Positions 29,466 through 39,169 of a stretch of 64,000 nucleotides of DNA are shown here, in pieces; position 1 is the stretch's first letter, and every line of letters starts with the position of its first letter. This DNA comes from a virus (lineage: Duplodnaviria; Caudoviricetes). The notes below the pieces were generated by a model. That model did not search any database and was not told the origin of the DNA. It saw only the letters and a list, made by a program, of their open reading frames with translations. The stretch covers positions 96,001-160,000 of IMG/VR virus record IMGVR_UViG_2974655483_000001; one strand, written 5' to 3'. Both the position numbers and the translations under genes were made by a program.

Positions 29466-29974
29466 ACATCTTTGTCACTGACGAGTCACCTTACAAGTCT
29501 GCACGGGTTCTACCAGACAAGCACATTGTCAAGATGCCCCTGGAGACCTGTCAGATGCTCGCTATAGTCGCCTCAGACAAGTGGGGGCATGGTTATGGTA
29601 CTTTGCCTAAGGCAGACGGTACACCCTATGCCACAGAGAAGGGAGCGTTTCGTAATCACCCCTGTACTAAGTGGGCAAACGAGACTGTGGCAAACTCTCG
29701 CTGGTTGCTGCAGCATGGGTTTGCTTTATGTGAGGAGTATGCAGCACGATATGGTAAAGTCCATACTTGCTTCAAGACTCTCCTTGCTGCTGACGAAATC
29801 ATCCCCAAAGTATCCTTGGATGATCATACTCCTTTTGTCTTTGCAGGACCTGACGAGTATAAGTATGACACCAGCATTGACATCTTCACTGCTTATAAGA
29901 TGTACATTGCATCTAAGCCATGGGTGGCATCCAACTATCTGCGTGTGCCACATCACAAACCGTCTTGGGTTTGA
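29462..29974 (+). CDS. Pyrimidine-dimer DNA glycosylase family protein
   Basis: MNIF...DKHIVKMPLETCQML, NHPCTKW, RYGKVH. Confidence 0.85.
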   Translation: MNIFVTDESPYKSARVLPDKHIVKMPLETCQMLAIVASDKWGHGYGTLPKADGTPYATEKGAFRNHPCTKWANETVANSRWLLQHGFALCEEYAARYGKVHTCFKTLLAADEIIPKVSLDDHTPFVFAGPDEYKYDTSIDIFTAYKMYIASKPWVASNYLRVPHHKPSWV

Positions 29975-30026
29975 CCCAAATCGATCCAAGACCTGCTATA
30001 ATTAAAACATAAACAAAGGAGACACG

Positions 30027-31097
30027 ATGTCCCGCAAGTCTGAAATCACTACGGCACAACTTGTAGAGAATCTTACTAGCAATTTTGGCACGGAAGTTAG
30101 TACTGTACAAGTTCGTGATGCAGCAAATGCTCTAGGTGTATCATATCCTACGGCATGTAAACGTCTTGACTCGTACAAGTCTGGTCGTGGCAAGTGGAAC
30201 TTGACTGCTCAAGAGATTGAGCAAGCATATGAAGCACCTTCAGCCAAACCTTCTGTCGATTATATTCCTGAGAAAGATGATGCCTATGTCCAGTTTGGTA
30301 ATTTTCAGTCTGTACGCAAGGTTATCCAGTCCCGTAAGTTTTATCCTGTTTTTATCACGGGTCTTTCTGGTAACGGTAAAACACTTTCCGTTGAGCAAGC
30401 ATGTTCTATCACAAAGAGAGAGTTAATTCGTGTCAACATCACGATCGAAACAGATGAAGACGATCTTATTGGTGGTTTTCGCCTTGTCAATGGTGACACT
30501 GTTTGGCATAATGGTCCAGTCATCGAAGCTCTGGAACGGGGAGCTGTACTTCTTCTAGATGAGATTGACCTAGCATCTAACAAGATTCTTTGTCTGCAGT
30601 CTGTTCTTGAAGGTAAGGGTATTTTCCTCAAGAAAATTGGTAAGTATGTAACCCCTAAGGCAGGATTCAATGTTATTGCAACTGCAAATACTAAAGGTAA
30701 AGGCAGCGATGACGGTCGTTTTGTTGGAACTAATATTCTCAATGAAGCATTCCTCGAACGTTTCCCGATTACCTTTGAGCAAGATTATCCATCTGCATCG
30801 GTAGAAGAAAAGATTCTACGAAATGTTGGTTGTGATACTATCTTTGCAGAGAATCTTGTTAAGTGGGCAGGTGTAATTCGTAAGACTTTCTTTGATGGTG
30901 GTGTTGATGAAGTGATCACAACCCGTCGTTTGGTTCATATTGCACAAGCAATGGAAATCTTCAATGATCGTTTTACTGCTATTACTATGTGTGTCAATCG
31001 TTTTGATGACGATACTAAGCAATCTTTCTTAGACCTCTATACTAAGGTTGACGCTGGAGAAGATTCCGAATATAATGAAGAGGATGAAACCATTTAA
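30027..31097 (+). CDS. cobS: CobS-like / MoxR-type AAA+ ATPase
   Basis: GLSGNGKT, LLLDEID, ATANTKGKG, NEAFLERF; TGCTATAAT promoter at 29994. Confidence 0.9.
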   Translation: MSRKSEITTAQLVENLTSNFGTEVSTVQVRDAANALGVSYPTACKRLDSYKSGRGKWNLTAQEIEQAYEAPSAKPSVDYIPEKDDAYVQFGNFQSVRKVIQSRKFYPVFITGLSGNGKTLSVEQACSITKRELIRVNITIETDEDDLIGGFRLVNGDTVWHNGPVIEALERGAVLLLDEIDLASNKILCLQSVLEGKGIFLKKIGKYVTPKAGFNVIATANTKGKGSDDGRFVGTNILNEAFLERFPITFEQDYPSASVEEKILRNVGCDTIFAENLVKWAGVIRKTFFDGGVDEVITTRRLVHIAQAMEIFNDRFTAITMCVNRFDDDTKQSFLDLYTKVDAGEDSEYNEEDETI

Positions 31098-31099
31098 TT

Positions 31100-31381
31100 A
31101 TGAAGTACAATGAAGACGCGCTTCTCAAGGAGTTGCGCGATTACATTTCGGGAACCTATGGTCAGCATTATTCTGCTGGTAATGACAAGATTCAGACATT
31201 AGACCTTATTGAATCTTGTGGCGATGCTGAAGCATTCTGTCGCAGCAACATACTAAAGTATGCTTCACGCTACGATCGTAAGGGTACTGCCCGTCGCGAT
31301 ATTATTAAAATCTTACACTACGGACTACTTCTCCTCCACTTCTCCGACAAATCTCAAATCACTGAAACCTATCCTCAATGA
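31100..31381 (+). CDS. DUF3310 / SaV-like putative nucleotide kinase
   Basis: HYS, FCRSNILKYASRY, DIIKILHY. Confidence 0.7.
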   Translation: MKYNEDALLKELRDYISGTYGQHYSAGNDKIQTLDLIESCGDAEAFCRSNILKYASRYDRKGTARRDIIKILHYGLLLLHFSDKSQITETYPQ

Positions 31382-32046
31382 CAGTAATTTCACGTCCAAC
31401 AATTGAAGTCCTTAAGAACTTCTGTTCTATTAACAAATCCATTGTCATCAAACCTGGTAATACTCTTTCCACGCTGAGCATCAATAAGAACATTCTTGCT
31501 ATTGCAGATGTTCAGGAACAGTTTGATTCTCAGATTAGTATTTACGATTTGAGTGTATTCCTTGGAGGTCTATCTCTTTTCAATGCACCAAAGGTTGATA
31601 CTTCTCATCCTAACTTTGTCACAGTAAGTGACGAAAGAGGTAAGTCTAAGACTAGATTCTTCTATGCAGACCCTGATATCATTACACAACCACCAGAAAA
31701 AGAGATCACTCTTCCATCTGTTGACTGTGATTTTGCTTTGAGTGCTGAAGTTCTTCAACAACTTCTTAAAGCTGCTTCTGTTTATCAGTTGCCTGACCTG
31801 TGTCTTTTTGGGCATGAAGGTGCTGTTCAAATTATGGTAACTGATAAGAAGAACGATACCTCTAACAGTTACTCTGTTGATCTTCCTGATGCTGTGATTG
31901 GAGACGAAGAGTTTTGTTTCTGCTTTAAAGTGGAGAACCTGAGACTTCTTCCTGGTGCTTATCATGTTATGATTAGCAAGCAAAACGTTGCCGAATTCCG
32001 AGGTGACGGTATCAAATACTTTATTGCTCTCGAACCTAACAACTGA
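31378..32046 (+). CDS. gp45: Sliding clamp
   Basis: LKNFCSIN, IYDLSVFL, YFIALE; synteny. Confidence 0.95.
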   Translation: MTVISRPTIEVLKNFCSINKSIVIKPGNTLSTLSINKNILAIADVQEQFDSQISIYDLSVFLGGLSLFNAPKVDTSHPNFVTVSDERGKSKTRFFYADPDIITQPPEKEITLPSVDCDFALSAEVLQQLLKAASVYQLPDLCLFGHEGAVQIMVTDKKNDTSNSYSVDLPDAVIGDEEFCFCFKVENLRLLPGAYHVMISKQNVAEFRGDGIKYFIALEPNN

Positions 32047-32987
32047 TGAATGATTTTTTATGGGTAGAGAAGTATCGTCCTCAGACTGTTGAGGAATGTA
32101 TTCTTCCTGCCAATGTGAAAGAAACCTTCCAGAGTTTCGTTAATCAAGGAGAGATTCCCAATCTTCTCCTTTCTGGTACTGCTGGTGTTGGTAAAACTAC
32201 CATCGCCAAAGCACTCTGCAGAGAACTGGGTGCAGATTATTATGTTATCAATGGATCGGATGAAGGTAGATTCCTGGACACTGTACGCAATCAGGCAAAA
32301 TCCTTTGCTTCTACTGTGTCTCTCACTGCTTCTGCTAAGCACAAAGTTCTTATCATTGATGAGGCAGATAACACAACCCCAGATGTCCAACTTCTCCTTC
32401 GTGCAAGTATCGAAGAGTTCCAAAAAAACTGTAGGTTCATATTCACTTGTAACTTCAAGAATAAAATTATCGAACCTCTACATAGTAGGACGACGGTCGT
32501 AGAGTTCAATGTCAGAGGACAGACAAAGCAAGAACTTGCTGGTGCGTTTTTTACAAGGTGTCAAGATATCCTCAGGAGCGAGGAGGTCACCTTCGCTCCG
32601 AGAGTTGTTGCAGAAGTCGTCCAGAAATACTTCCCAGATTTCCGAAGAACCCTCAACGAACTCCAAAGATACGCTAGCACAGGGGTTATCGACACTGGTA
32701 TTCTGGCGGCGCTAGGTGATGCTAATGTAGATACTCTTGTAGCAGCATTAAAGAACAAGCAGTTCAACGATGTTAAGAAGTGGGTGACACAGAATCTCGA
32801 TTCAGATCCAACTTCTATCATGCGTAAACTGTATGATAATCTATCTGGTGTCATGGGTGGTCCTAGTATTGCAGCAGCAGTTCTAATTATTGCTGAATAC
32901 CAATACAAGTCTGCTTTCGTTGTAGACCAAGAGATTAATCTACTTGCATGTTTAACTCAAATTATGGTGGAGTGTGAATTTAAATGA
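32046..32987 (+). CDS. gp44: Clamp loader large subunit
   Basis: LWVEKYRP, GVGKTT, IIDEAD. Confidence 0.98.
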   Translation: MNDFLWVEKYRPQTVEECILPANVKETFQSFVNQGEIPNLLLSGTAGVGKTTIAKALCRELGADYYVINGSDEGRFLDTVRNQAKSFASTVSLTASAKHKVLIIDEADNTTPDVQLLLRASIEEFQKNCRFIFTCNFKNKIIEPLHSRTTVVEFNVRGQTKQELAGAFFTRCQDILRSEEVTFAPRVVAEVVQKYFPDFRRTLNELQRYASTGVIDTGILAALGDANVDTLVAALKNKQFNDVKKWVTQNLDSDPTSIMRKLYDNLSGVMGGPSIAAAVLIIAEYQYKSAFVVDQEINLLACLTQIMVECEFK

Positions 32988-33262
32988 AATTCAAAGCATT
33001 AGTATTTGTCCGTCTACGATCGCAGGTGGATGACTCTCCTGGTAATGCTGTGAGAGACGCCTGTAAGCGATTGTCTGAGTTGGATATCAAGAAACTTAGA
33101 CTTGGTAAGGTGATTGATGTTTGGTTGGAAGCAGAGACCAGAGAGTATGCTGAGAAGGAACTCGAAATGCTCTCTGATAGATTTCTTGCCAACACAGTCA
33201 TGGAAGACTGGGACTACGAACTGACCGAAATTGAAAACTTCCCTAAAGGTATTGAACAATGA
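32984..33262 (+). CDS. purS: FGAM synthase subunit PurS
   Basis: VRLRSQVDDSPG, LRLGKVI, FLANTVMED. Confidence 0.9.
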   Translation: MKFKALVFVRLRSQVDDSPGNAVRDACKRLSELDIKKLRLGKVIDVWLEAETREYAEKELEMLSDRFLANTVMEDWDYELTEIENFPKGIEQ

Positions 33263-33552
33263 TTGATGTTAAACTAATTCGGATGATCACTGGAGAAGAG
33301 ATTATTGCCGAAGTTGTAGATTTTGCGAATGGTATTCTGACAATCAAGAATGCTCTTGCTGTCATTCCTCAACAGGGACAAATTGGATTTGCTCCTTGGG
33401 CAACAGTCATTAGTTTAGACCATCCTGATATTGCTCTTGATATTAAGCATGTTATCTATTCCGTTGAAGTACAACCCGAAGTTGTACAACAGTATACTAA
33501 ACTATTTGGTGGTCCTGACATTATCACTCCAAGTAAGCAATTGATTCTATGA
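33259..33552 (+). CDS. Hypothetical protein (Sm-like fold suspected)
   Basis: VKLIRMITGEEIIAE...GFAPW. Confidence 0.7.
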   Translation: MIDVKLIRMITGEEIIAEVVDFANGILTIKNALAVIPQQGQIGFAPWATVISLDHPDIALDIKHVIYSVEVQPEVVQQYTKLFGGPDIITPSKQLIL

Positions 33553-34376
33553 GTTCATTAAAGACACCTCTTCGTTATCCTGGTGGTAAGTCTCGTGCCA
33601 CCAAAAAGATGGCAGAGTTTTTTCCACTATTCAAAGACTATACTGAATTTCGTGAACCCTTTGTTGGTGGAGGTTCTGTTGCTCTTTATATCACTCAGAT
33701 GTATCCTCACCTGGATATCTGGGTGAATGATTTGTATCAACCATTATATAATTTCTGGAAAGAACTTCAGTATGATGGACGCAAACTTCGTGACCAGTTG
33801 GTTGGACTAAAGAATAGTCACCCAGAACCAGTATCAGCAAAAGAATTATTTTTAAATGCTAAGGACATATTAAACAATGATCAGACATCCAATCTATCTC
33901 GTGCTGTTAGTTTTTACGTTGTTAATAAGTGCTCTTTTTCTGGTCTCACTGAGTCCTCGTCCTTCAGCAAACAGGCGTCAGACTCAAACTTTAGTATGCG
34001 AGGAATTGACAAACTCCCTTACTACGCAGAACTCATCCAAGACTGGAGAATTACTAATTTGTCATACGAAGAACTTCTAACTAATAAGAAGGAATCGTTT
34101 GTATATCTAGATCCTCCTTATGAGATTAAGTCTAATCTCTATGGTAAGAAAGGTGGAATGCATAAGGGGTTTGACCATGACGAGTTTTTCTTTGCATGTG
34201 ATAGACATGCTTGTGACCAGATGGTATCGTATAATTCTTCCAACTTAATCAAGTCACGATTCATCGATTGGAAACCATACGAGTATGATCATACTTATAC
34301 TATGCGATCGGTTGGTGAGTATATGAAAGACCAGCAACAACGTAAAGAACTGCTTCTACTTAACTATGTCGTATGA
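33549..34376 (+). CDS. dam: DNA adenine methyltransferase (D12 class)
   Basis: RYPGGK, EPFVGGGSV, YLDPPY. Confidence 0.93.
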   Translation: MSSLKTPLRYPGGKSRATKKMAEFFPLFKDYTEFREPFVGGGSVALYITQMYPHLDIWVNDLYQPLYNFWKELQYDGRKLRDQLVGLKNSHPEPVSAKELFLNAKDILNNDQTSNLSRAVSFYVVNKCSFSGLTESSSFSKQASDSNFSMRGIDKLPYYAELIQDWRITNLSYEELLTNKKESFVYLDPPYEIKSNLYGKKGGMHKGFDHDEFFFACDRHACDQMVSYNSSNLIKSRFIDWKPYEYDHTYTMRSVGEYMKDQQQRKELLLLNYVV

Positions 34377-34770
34377 TGACAGGTATCCTCTTAAGGATTA
34401 TCTAAACAGTATCAATATCTCCAAAGAAAATCTTATGGAAGATGAAGATCCTGCTTGGGAAAAGAACTATCCTCCATTCATCATCAATAAATGTATGTCT
34501 CATCATATGGATACTGTGATGTTTGCGAACGAGATGAATATGTATTCTGGATTAGATAAAAAACTCCAGTATGATTTTTTTATAAATATCGTGAGGACCC
34601 GTAAGAGATTTTCTCCATGGGGCAAGAAGGAAAAGGTGAAGGATATTGAACTTGTTAAAGAGTTCTATGGTTATTCGACCGAGAAAGCTGCACAAGCTCT
34701 CAGGATTCTATCTCCTACCCAACTTGATGTTATTAGATCTAAATTGAATAAAGGGGGTAAGAAACGATGA
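34366..34770 (+). CDS. gp62: Clamp loader small subunit
   Basis: YPPFIINK, ANEMN, KRFSPW, YGYS. Confidence 0.93.
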   Translation: MSYDDRYPLKDYLNSINISKENLMEDEDPAWEKNYPPFIINKCMSHHMDTVMFANEMNMYSGLDKKLQYDFFINIVRTRKRFSPWGKKEKVKDIELVKEFYGYSTEKAAQALRILSPTQLDVIRSKLNKGGKKR

Positions 34771-35192
34771 ATGAGATTAAAGAGATCCAGTGGACAAAGA
34801 ATGATATGATAGAAGTGAACCTTAAGGAACCAGATGATTTCCTTAAGGTTCGTGAAACTCTTACTCGTATTGGTGTTGCTTCTAGAAAGGAGAAGAAACT
34901 ATATCAATCTTGCCATATTCTTCATAAGAAGGGTCAATATTATATCGTTCATTTCAAAGAGTTGTTTGCACTTGATGGTAAAAAAGCAAATTTTTCTGAG
35001 AATGATTTACAGAGACGTAATAGAATTATTAAACTGCTCTCTGATTGGGGACTTGTAGAAATAGTAAAAGAAGATTCTGTAACTGATGCAGCACCTTTGA
35101 GTCAGATCAAAGTGATTGCCTATAAAGAAAAAACAGAATGGACGCTAGAGTCTAAGTATAATATTGGAAAAAAACGACAGACGAATGAGTGA
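34767..35192 (+). CDS. regA: Translational repressor
   Basis: DFLKVRETLTRIGVAS, CHILHK, HFKELF. Confidence 0.98.
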   Translation: MNEIKEIQWTKNDMIEVNLKEPDDFLKVRETLTRIGVASRKEKKLYQSCHILHKKGQYYIVHFKELFALDGKKANFSENDLQRRNRIIKLLSDWGLVEIVKEDSVTDAAPLSQIKVIAYKEKTEWTLESKYNIGKKRQTNE

Positions 35193-35823
35193 GTTTAATT
35201 ATCATGTGAAGCAGTTTCAATCTCCAGGATATTTGTTGATTGAAGTTCCTTCTGATGTGAGGAAAGAGTTGGAAGAAACTATCGAAGTCTTACATAAAAC
35301 ATCTGAGTCTGATGCTCGCATGACTTTGCGAGGACATCTTAATCAGGAATGGCATCTTCCAATTGGTAAAGAGATGCAACTCTTTACTAAGAACTTATCA
35401 AACCTTTATCTACAGCATTTTGGAATGCAACCTAGTATGGGTATTGCAGAAACTATGCGTGATATGTCTAAAGTTGATTTTAATTTAGAAAAACTTTGGA
35501 TTAATTATCAAAAGAAGTATGACTTCAATCCTCTGCATATTCATTCGGGTGTCTTTTCTTTTGTCATATGGGTAAATATACCATATGATTTACAAGAGGA
35601 ACGAGATAGATATGTAACAAATGGAAACGAAACTGCTAATTTTGTATTTCAATATATGAATGCTATTGGTGGATTAGATGCAGAGCATCTTCCTATTGAC
35701 AAAAGTTTTGAATGGAAGATGGCATTCTTTCCCGCACGATTGAGTCATGCAGTAAATCCATTCTACACTTCGGATGAGTATCGAATTTCTATATCGGGTA
35801 ACGTATATTTGAATGATAAATAA
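35185..35823 (+). CDS. 2OG-Fe(II) oxygenase
   Basis: FNPLHIHSG, FFPARLSHAVNPF, RISISGN. Confidence 0.88.
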   Translation: MSEFNYHVKQFQSPGYLLIEVPSDVRKELEETIEVLHKTSESDARMTLRGHLNQEWHLPIGKEMQLFTKNLSNLYLQHFGMQPSMGIAETMRDMSKVDFNLEKLWINYQKKYDFNPLHIHSGVFSFVIWVNIPYDLQEERDRYVTNGNETANFVFQYMNAIGGLDAEHLPIDKSFEWKMAFFPARLSHAVNPFYTSDEYRISISGNVYLNDK

Positions 35824-35843
35824 AAGAGCCTCGCTGTTCGTCA

Positions 35844-36263
35844 ATGCCAGAAGAAGTCAAAAAAGATGAACCTAAGAAAAAGGGTATCATTGGTAAAATT
35901 AAAGAGGCAGCAGATGATAAAGAAGAGCAGCTTGCTATTCTGTCTACTTTTGTTAGGCTCGGCATCCTTGTTTGGTCTGGCGGAATACTCACGCTGGCAT
36001 ACATCAAACTTCCACCAGCACTTGGAATTCCTGAACAAAAACTAGATCCAACTTTTATCGCCAGTGTCTTTACTGGGGTGCTAGCTACCTTCGGTGTTCA
36101 GGCAGCAAAGAAAGCAGGAGAAGGTGGTGGTAGTAATGGTGGCATCAGTAAAGACCAGATGGAAAGATTGATTGAAAAGGCAGCACAAACTGCACCTTCA
36201 CAGACTATTCGTCTTGAGCAGGGACCAATCAAAATTTCTACTGACGATTCATACAAAATGTAA
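35844..36263 (+). CDS. Two-TM membrane protein
   Basis: Two hydrophobic helices, DPTFIASVFTGVLATFG; GATAAATA late promoter about 35815. Confidence 0.75.
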   Translation: MPEEVKKDEPKKKGIIGKIKEAADDKEEQLAILSTFVRLGILVWSGGILTLAYIKLPPALGIPEQKLDPTFIASVFTGVLATFGVQAAKKAGEGGGSNGGISKDQMERLIEKAAQTAPSQTIRLEQGPIKISTDDSYKM

Positions 36264-36274
36264 CGGAGAATAAA

Positions 36275-36538
36275 ATGCAAAAAGTAATTAATGTTTTAGC
36301 AGTACTATCATTTGTAGGAACTGCTGGTATTGTCGGCGGTGGTGCTGCAGTATATCTCAATAAGGATTCTATTGTTGAGAACATCAAATCCCAAGTTGCA
36401 GCAGCTGCTGGTGAAGCAATTGCTGGTGCTCTACCTGGAATGATGGACTCTGCAATGCCAGAACTACCTGGTGCTACTGGTGGCGCTATTCCTGCACTTC
36501 CATCTACGACGGGTGGTGCTATTCCGTTTGGTATGTAA
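36275..36538 (+). CDS. Small membrane-anchored protein
   Basis: N-terminal TM, Pro/Gly tail. Confidence 0.7.
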   Translation: MQKVINVLAVLSFVGTAGIVGGGAAVYLNKDSIVENIKSQVAAAAGEAIAGALPGMMDSAMPELPGATGGAIPALPSTTGGAIPFGM

Positions 36539-36540
36539 TC

Positions 36541-37110
36541 ATGACCAAACTAAAGATTGTAGCTGGTGCTGTCGGTGGTTTATTTGCTATCGCACATGTT
36601 GGTTTGTTGGGATATGTAATCCACAGACCGAGACAACCTCAGGTTCCTATTATCAATATTCCTAAGGGTGATTATTCATCTTACAGAATCAAAGCAGGTA
36701 AGGATGGATATGAGGTTGAGTATCGTGCAAACGATCCTGCTATCCTTGAGTCCCAAAAATCTTTATCTCTAGATAAAGATAAGAAAGGATTCTTTGGTGG
36801 TAACACCACCGAGGTTAGACGAGAGTGGCGTCAAGACCAATTCACTATGGACGGCACACGCAACCTAGGAGGTGCCGTATCAGAGGGCGAGGGAAAGTCT
36901 GCAAAAGACATAGAGTGCATCGTGGCGGACGCTGGAGCACGATCACAAGGTGCAATGGCAGGTAGTGCTATCGCTGCTGGTGTCGCTGTTCCTGCTGTTG
37001 TTGGCATCCCTTATGTTGGATGGTTAGCAGGTGGATGGGCATTGCTGCTAGGACAAAAAGCAGGGTCCAGTATCGGATCTACAGTTGGTAGTGTATTTAA
37101 TGATTGCTGA
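36541..37110 (+). CDS. Membrane protein with glycine-zipper-like C-terminus
   Basis: N-terminal TM; GAMAGSAIAAG...GWLAGGW. Confidence 0.7.
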   Translation: MTKLKIVAGAVGGLFAIAHVGLLGYVIHRPRQPQVPIINIPKGDYSSYRIKAGKDGYEVEYRANDPAILESQKSLSLDKDKKGFFGGNTTEVRREWRQDQFTMDGTRNLGGAVSEGEGKSAKDIECIVADAGARSQGAMAGSAIAAGVAVPAVVGIPYVGWLAGGWALLLGQKAGSSIGSTVGSVFNDC

Positions 37111-37916
37111 TGGACATACCTAATATTAATATTCCGAATAACAATATTCGTATTGGTGATATTCGTGATGTGAATATAAACATAATGCCTGATTGGATGA
37201 CTAATCCTCCACAGGCAATACCAATTTACCCACCCGTGACTTCACAGGTGGGTATTCCTATTGTTAATATACCTGGATGTGTTGAGTCTCATAGAGATAG
37301 TAGTGAGAATCAAACACTCAAAGATGAAGATAGTGATGGTGTTCGGGTATATTGTGATGCAGGAACTCCTAGTTTCAATCCAATAGATTATGATCCTCGT
37401 AGATTAAAGATAACAACAGAGTCTTCCCCACCTCTACCAGTTATCCCAAACACTCCAGAAGCACCAGAGACTCCTGCTACACCAACACCTCCTAAGACTG
37501 ATGCTGCAAAAGTAGAGTGTCCTAGTAGAGCACAAGAATTAAAAAACCCTGTTGGAAAAATCATAGAGGGTAATAAAAAGATTACTGGGTATGAGACAGT
37601 AGGAAAAGAATGTCTCCCTGTATTTGAAACTCTTAATATAACGGATCAGATTGTCCAGAACATACCATCAGCAGGTATGATAACTGTTACCGCCTCAATT
37701 GCTGTAGTTGCGACGACTTCTGCACTGCTTGCAAAGCCTCTTGCTGATCTTTTGTTAAAAGTGGTGAAACCTGTGACGAAGAAAGTGGTGAAGAAGATTG
37801 CTGCCTTACGGGGAAAGAAACCCCCTGTGTTGTCTGAGTCTGAGAGGAAGGCGGCACAGCGTGATCGGAACCGTGCGATAAAGGTCCTACGGTCGGCACT
37901 GAAACCGAAGGGATAG
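37110..37916 (+). CDS. Pro-rich protein with C-terminal TM and basic tail
   Basis: IGIPIVNIPGCV-like, YCDAGTPSF, Cys pairs, TM near C-terminus. Confidence 0.7.
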   Translation: MDIPNINIPNNNIRIGDIRDVNINIMPDWMTNPPQAIPIYPPVTSQVGIPIVNIPGCVESHRDSSENQTLKDEDSDGVRVYCDAGTPSFNPIDYDPRRLKITTESSPPLPVIPNTPEAPETPATPTPPKTDAAKVECPSRAQELKNPVGKIIEGNKKITGYETVGKECLPVFETLNITDQIVQNIPSAGMITVTASIAVVATTSALLAKPLADLLLKVVKPVTKKVVKKIAALRGKKPPVLSESERKAAQRDRNRAIKVLRSALKPKG

Positions 37917-38700
37917 AGTGACGATGTTGCTTGACGGTATTAACATTTTGCACCACGACATCGGCACACACTTTATAGTAAGGACTCCTAGGGTGGAAAC
38001 TAATTCCCTGCTGCATTAACTGACCACAATTCTTAAGTCTCGCAATCTCAAAGTCTAATCTTTTGTTAGCAATCATTTGTTGCTGCATTTGGATCTGAGT
38101 ATCTGCTGCTTGCTTACAACGCTCTTGTAATCCACCATCAAGTGGGAAAGAAAGTGTTGCAGATAAACCAAGACTTGTACTGTTATTAATTGCATCACCA
38201 GTCCTTACTGGTTTTCTCCATAATTCTGACCCTGGATTATCGGGCACACCATCCCCCATCATTTCCATAGTGGTGATAGTCATATCTTGACCATCTTCAT
38301 ATGCACGAACAGTTTCGCCTTCTGAATTTGTATATGATCTATCATCATACCAAGGTTCCCAAGGAAAGTTTTTTACTACTTTCTGAGTTTCTACCATCTG
38401 ACCTTGAAAATCTCTGTTATCATATTGAGGTTCCATATAGTATTGCTCAAATGGATCCTTCTGACTACGAGCATGAGTAATGAATGGTGTGATGTTAGCA
38501 GTCGGTCCTTGACATGCGATACCACCACCATATTGATTGGTGATGTATGGTCCTTGTAAGACCTGAATAGCTTGGTTGGTCACTGAACCTGAGCTATTCG
38601 CGATTGGATTAGCAGTCGCAGAAACACCTCCCACATCAGCAGCACTGACGGGAGATGCGATTAACAACCCAATTACTGGGTAAAGATACTTGTAGTATCT
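37687..38700 (-). CDS. Secreted protein (signal peptide ...LLIASPVSA); true start uncertain, frame open to 38964
   Basis: ATANPIANSSGSVTNQAIQV, CQGPT, LSATLSFPLD, RLDFEIARLKNCG motifs. Confidence 0.7.
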   Translation of the reverse strand, partial: RYYKYLYPVIGLLIASPVSAADVGGVSATANPIANSSGSVTNQAIQVLQGPYITNQYGGGIACQGPTANITPFITHARSQKDPFEQYYMEPQYDNRDFQGQMVETQKVVKNFPWEPWYDDRSYTNSEGETVRAYEDGQDMTITTMEMMGDGVPDNPGSELWRKPVRTGDAINNSTSLGLSATLSFPLDGGLQERCKQAADTQIQMQQQMIANKRLDFEIARLKNCGQLMQQGISFHPRSPYYKVCADVVVQNVNTVKQHRHSIPSVSVPTVGPLSHGSDHAVPPSSQTQTTQGVSFPVRQQSSSPLSSSQVSPLLTKDQQEALQAVQKSSQLQQLRR

Positions 38701-39149
38701 GTTACGCTGGTAACTTCTGTTGTTCTTTGGATTACAGTCTGATTTGTTACCCCTGGACCCATGTAGGTCTGGGTGAATTGGAATGCTGCTCCTGGTTCTT
38801 TGATTGTGAAACTCTGTCCATTTAAATCTAGACCAGAGTTGGCGCTTGTTACTTGCCCCTCTGTTCCTCCTAATGGATTCACTATCACCGAGTTTGTCGT
38901 TGGGTTCGGACTGAGGGATTGCCCCCCGTTGGTCACGTTTGTTCCCGATACTGAATATTGCCATCCTGTTGCATAATCTATAGAGTTAATAGTTTCAGTC
39001 ACCTTCGATGTTGTTTCTGTGTGACTGGTCATGCTTCCCTGAGTGAAGTTTGGGACCACGGGGACCGCCAGGGCAGGAGCAAGTGTGACAAATGCACCCA
39101 CCACACTTAGGACACACCAAAGAATCGTAGTAGTCTTTCCAGAAGTCAT
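38673..39149 (-). CDS. Secreted Thr-rich beta protein
   Basis: Signal peptide ending ALA, VPVVPNFTQGSM; GGAGG SD upstream. Confidence 0.8.
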   Translation of the reverse strand: MTSGKTTTILWCVLSVVGAFVTLAPALAVPVVPNFTQGSMTSHTETTSKVTETINSIDYATGWQYSVSGTNVTNGGQSLSPNPTTNSVIVNPLGGTEGQVTSANSGLDLNGQSFTIKEPGAAFQFTQTYMGPGVTNQTVIQRTTEVTSVTDTTSIFTQ

Positions 39150-39169
39150 GATTTCTGACCTCCATTTAT

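Noticed and set aside
1-35800. Many minus-strand ORFs of 60-170 aa in the ORF track (e.g. 9484-9879, 14775-15278, 28867-29316)
   Set aside because: They are antisense shadows of well-identified plus-strand genes, with no SD, promoter or recognisable motifs.
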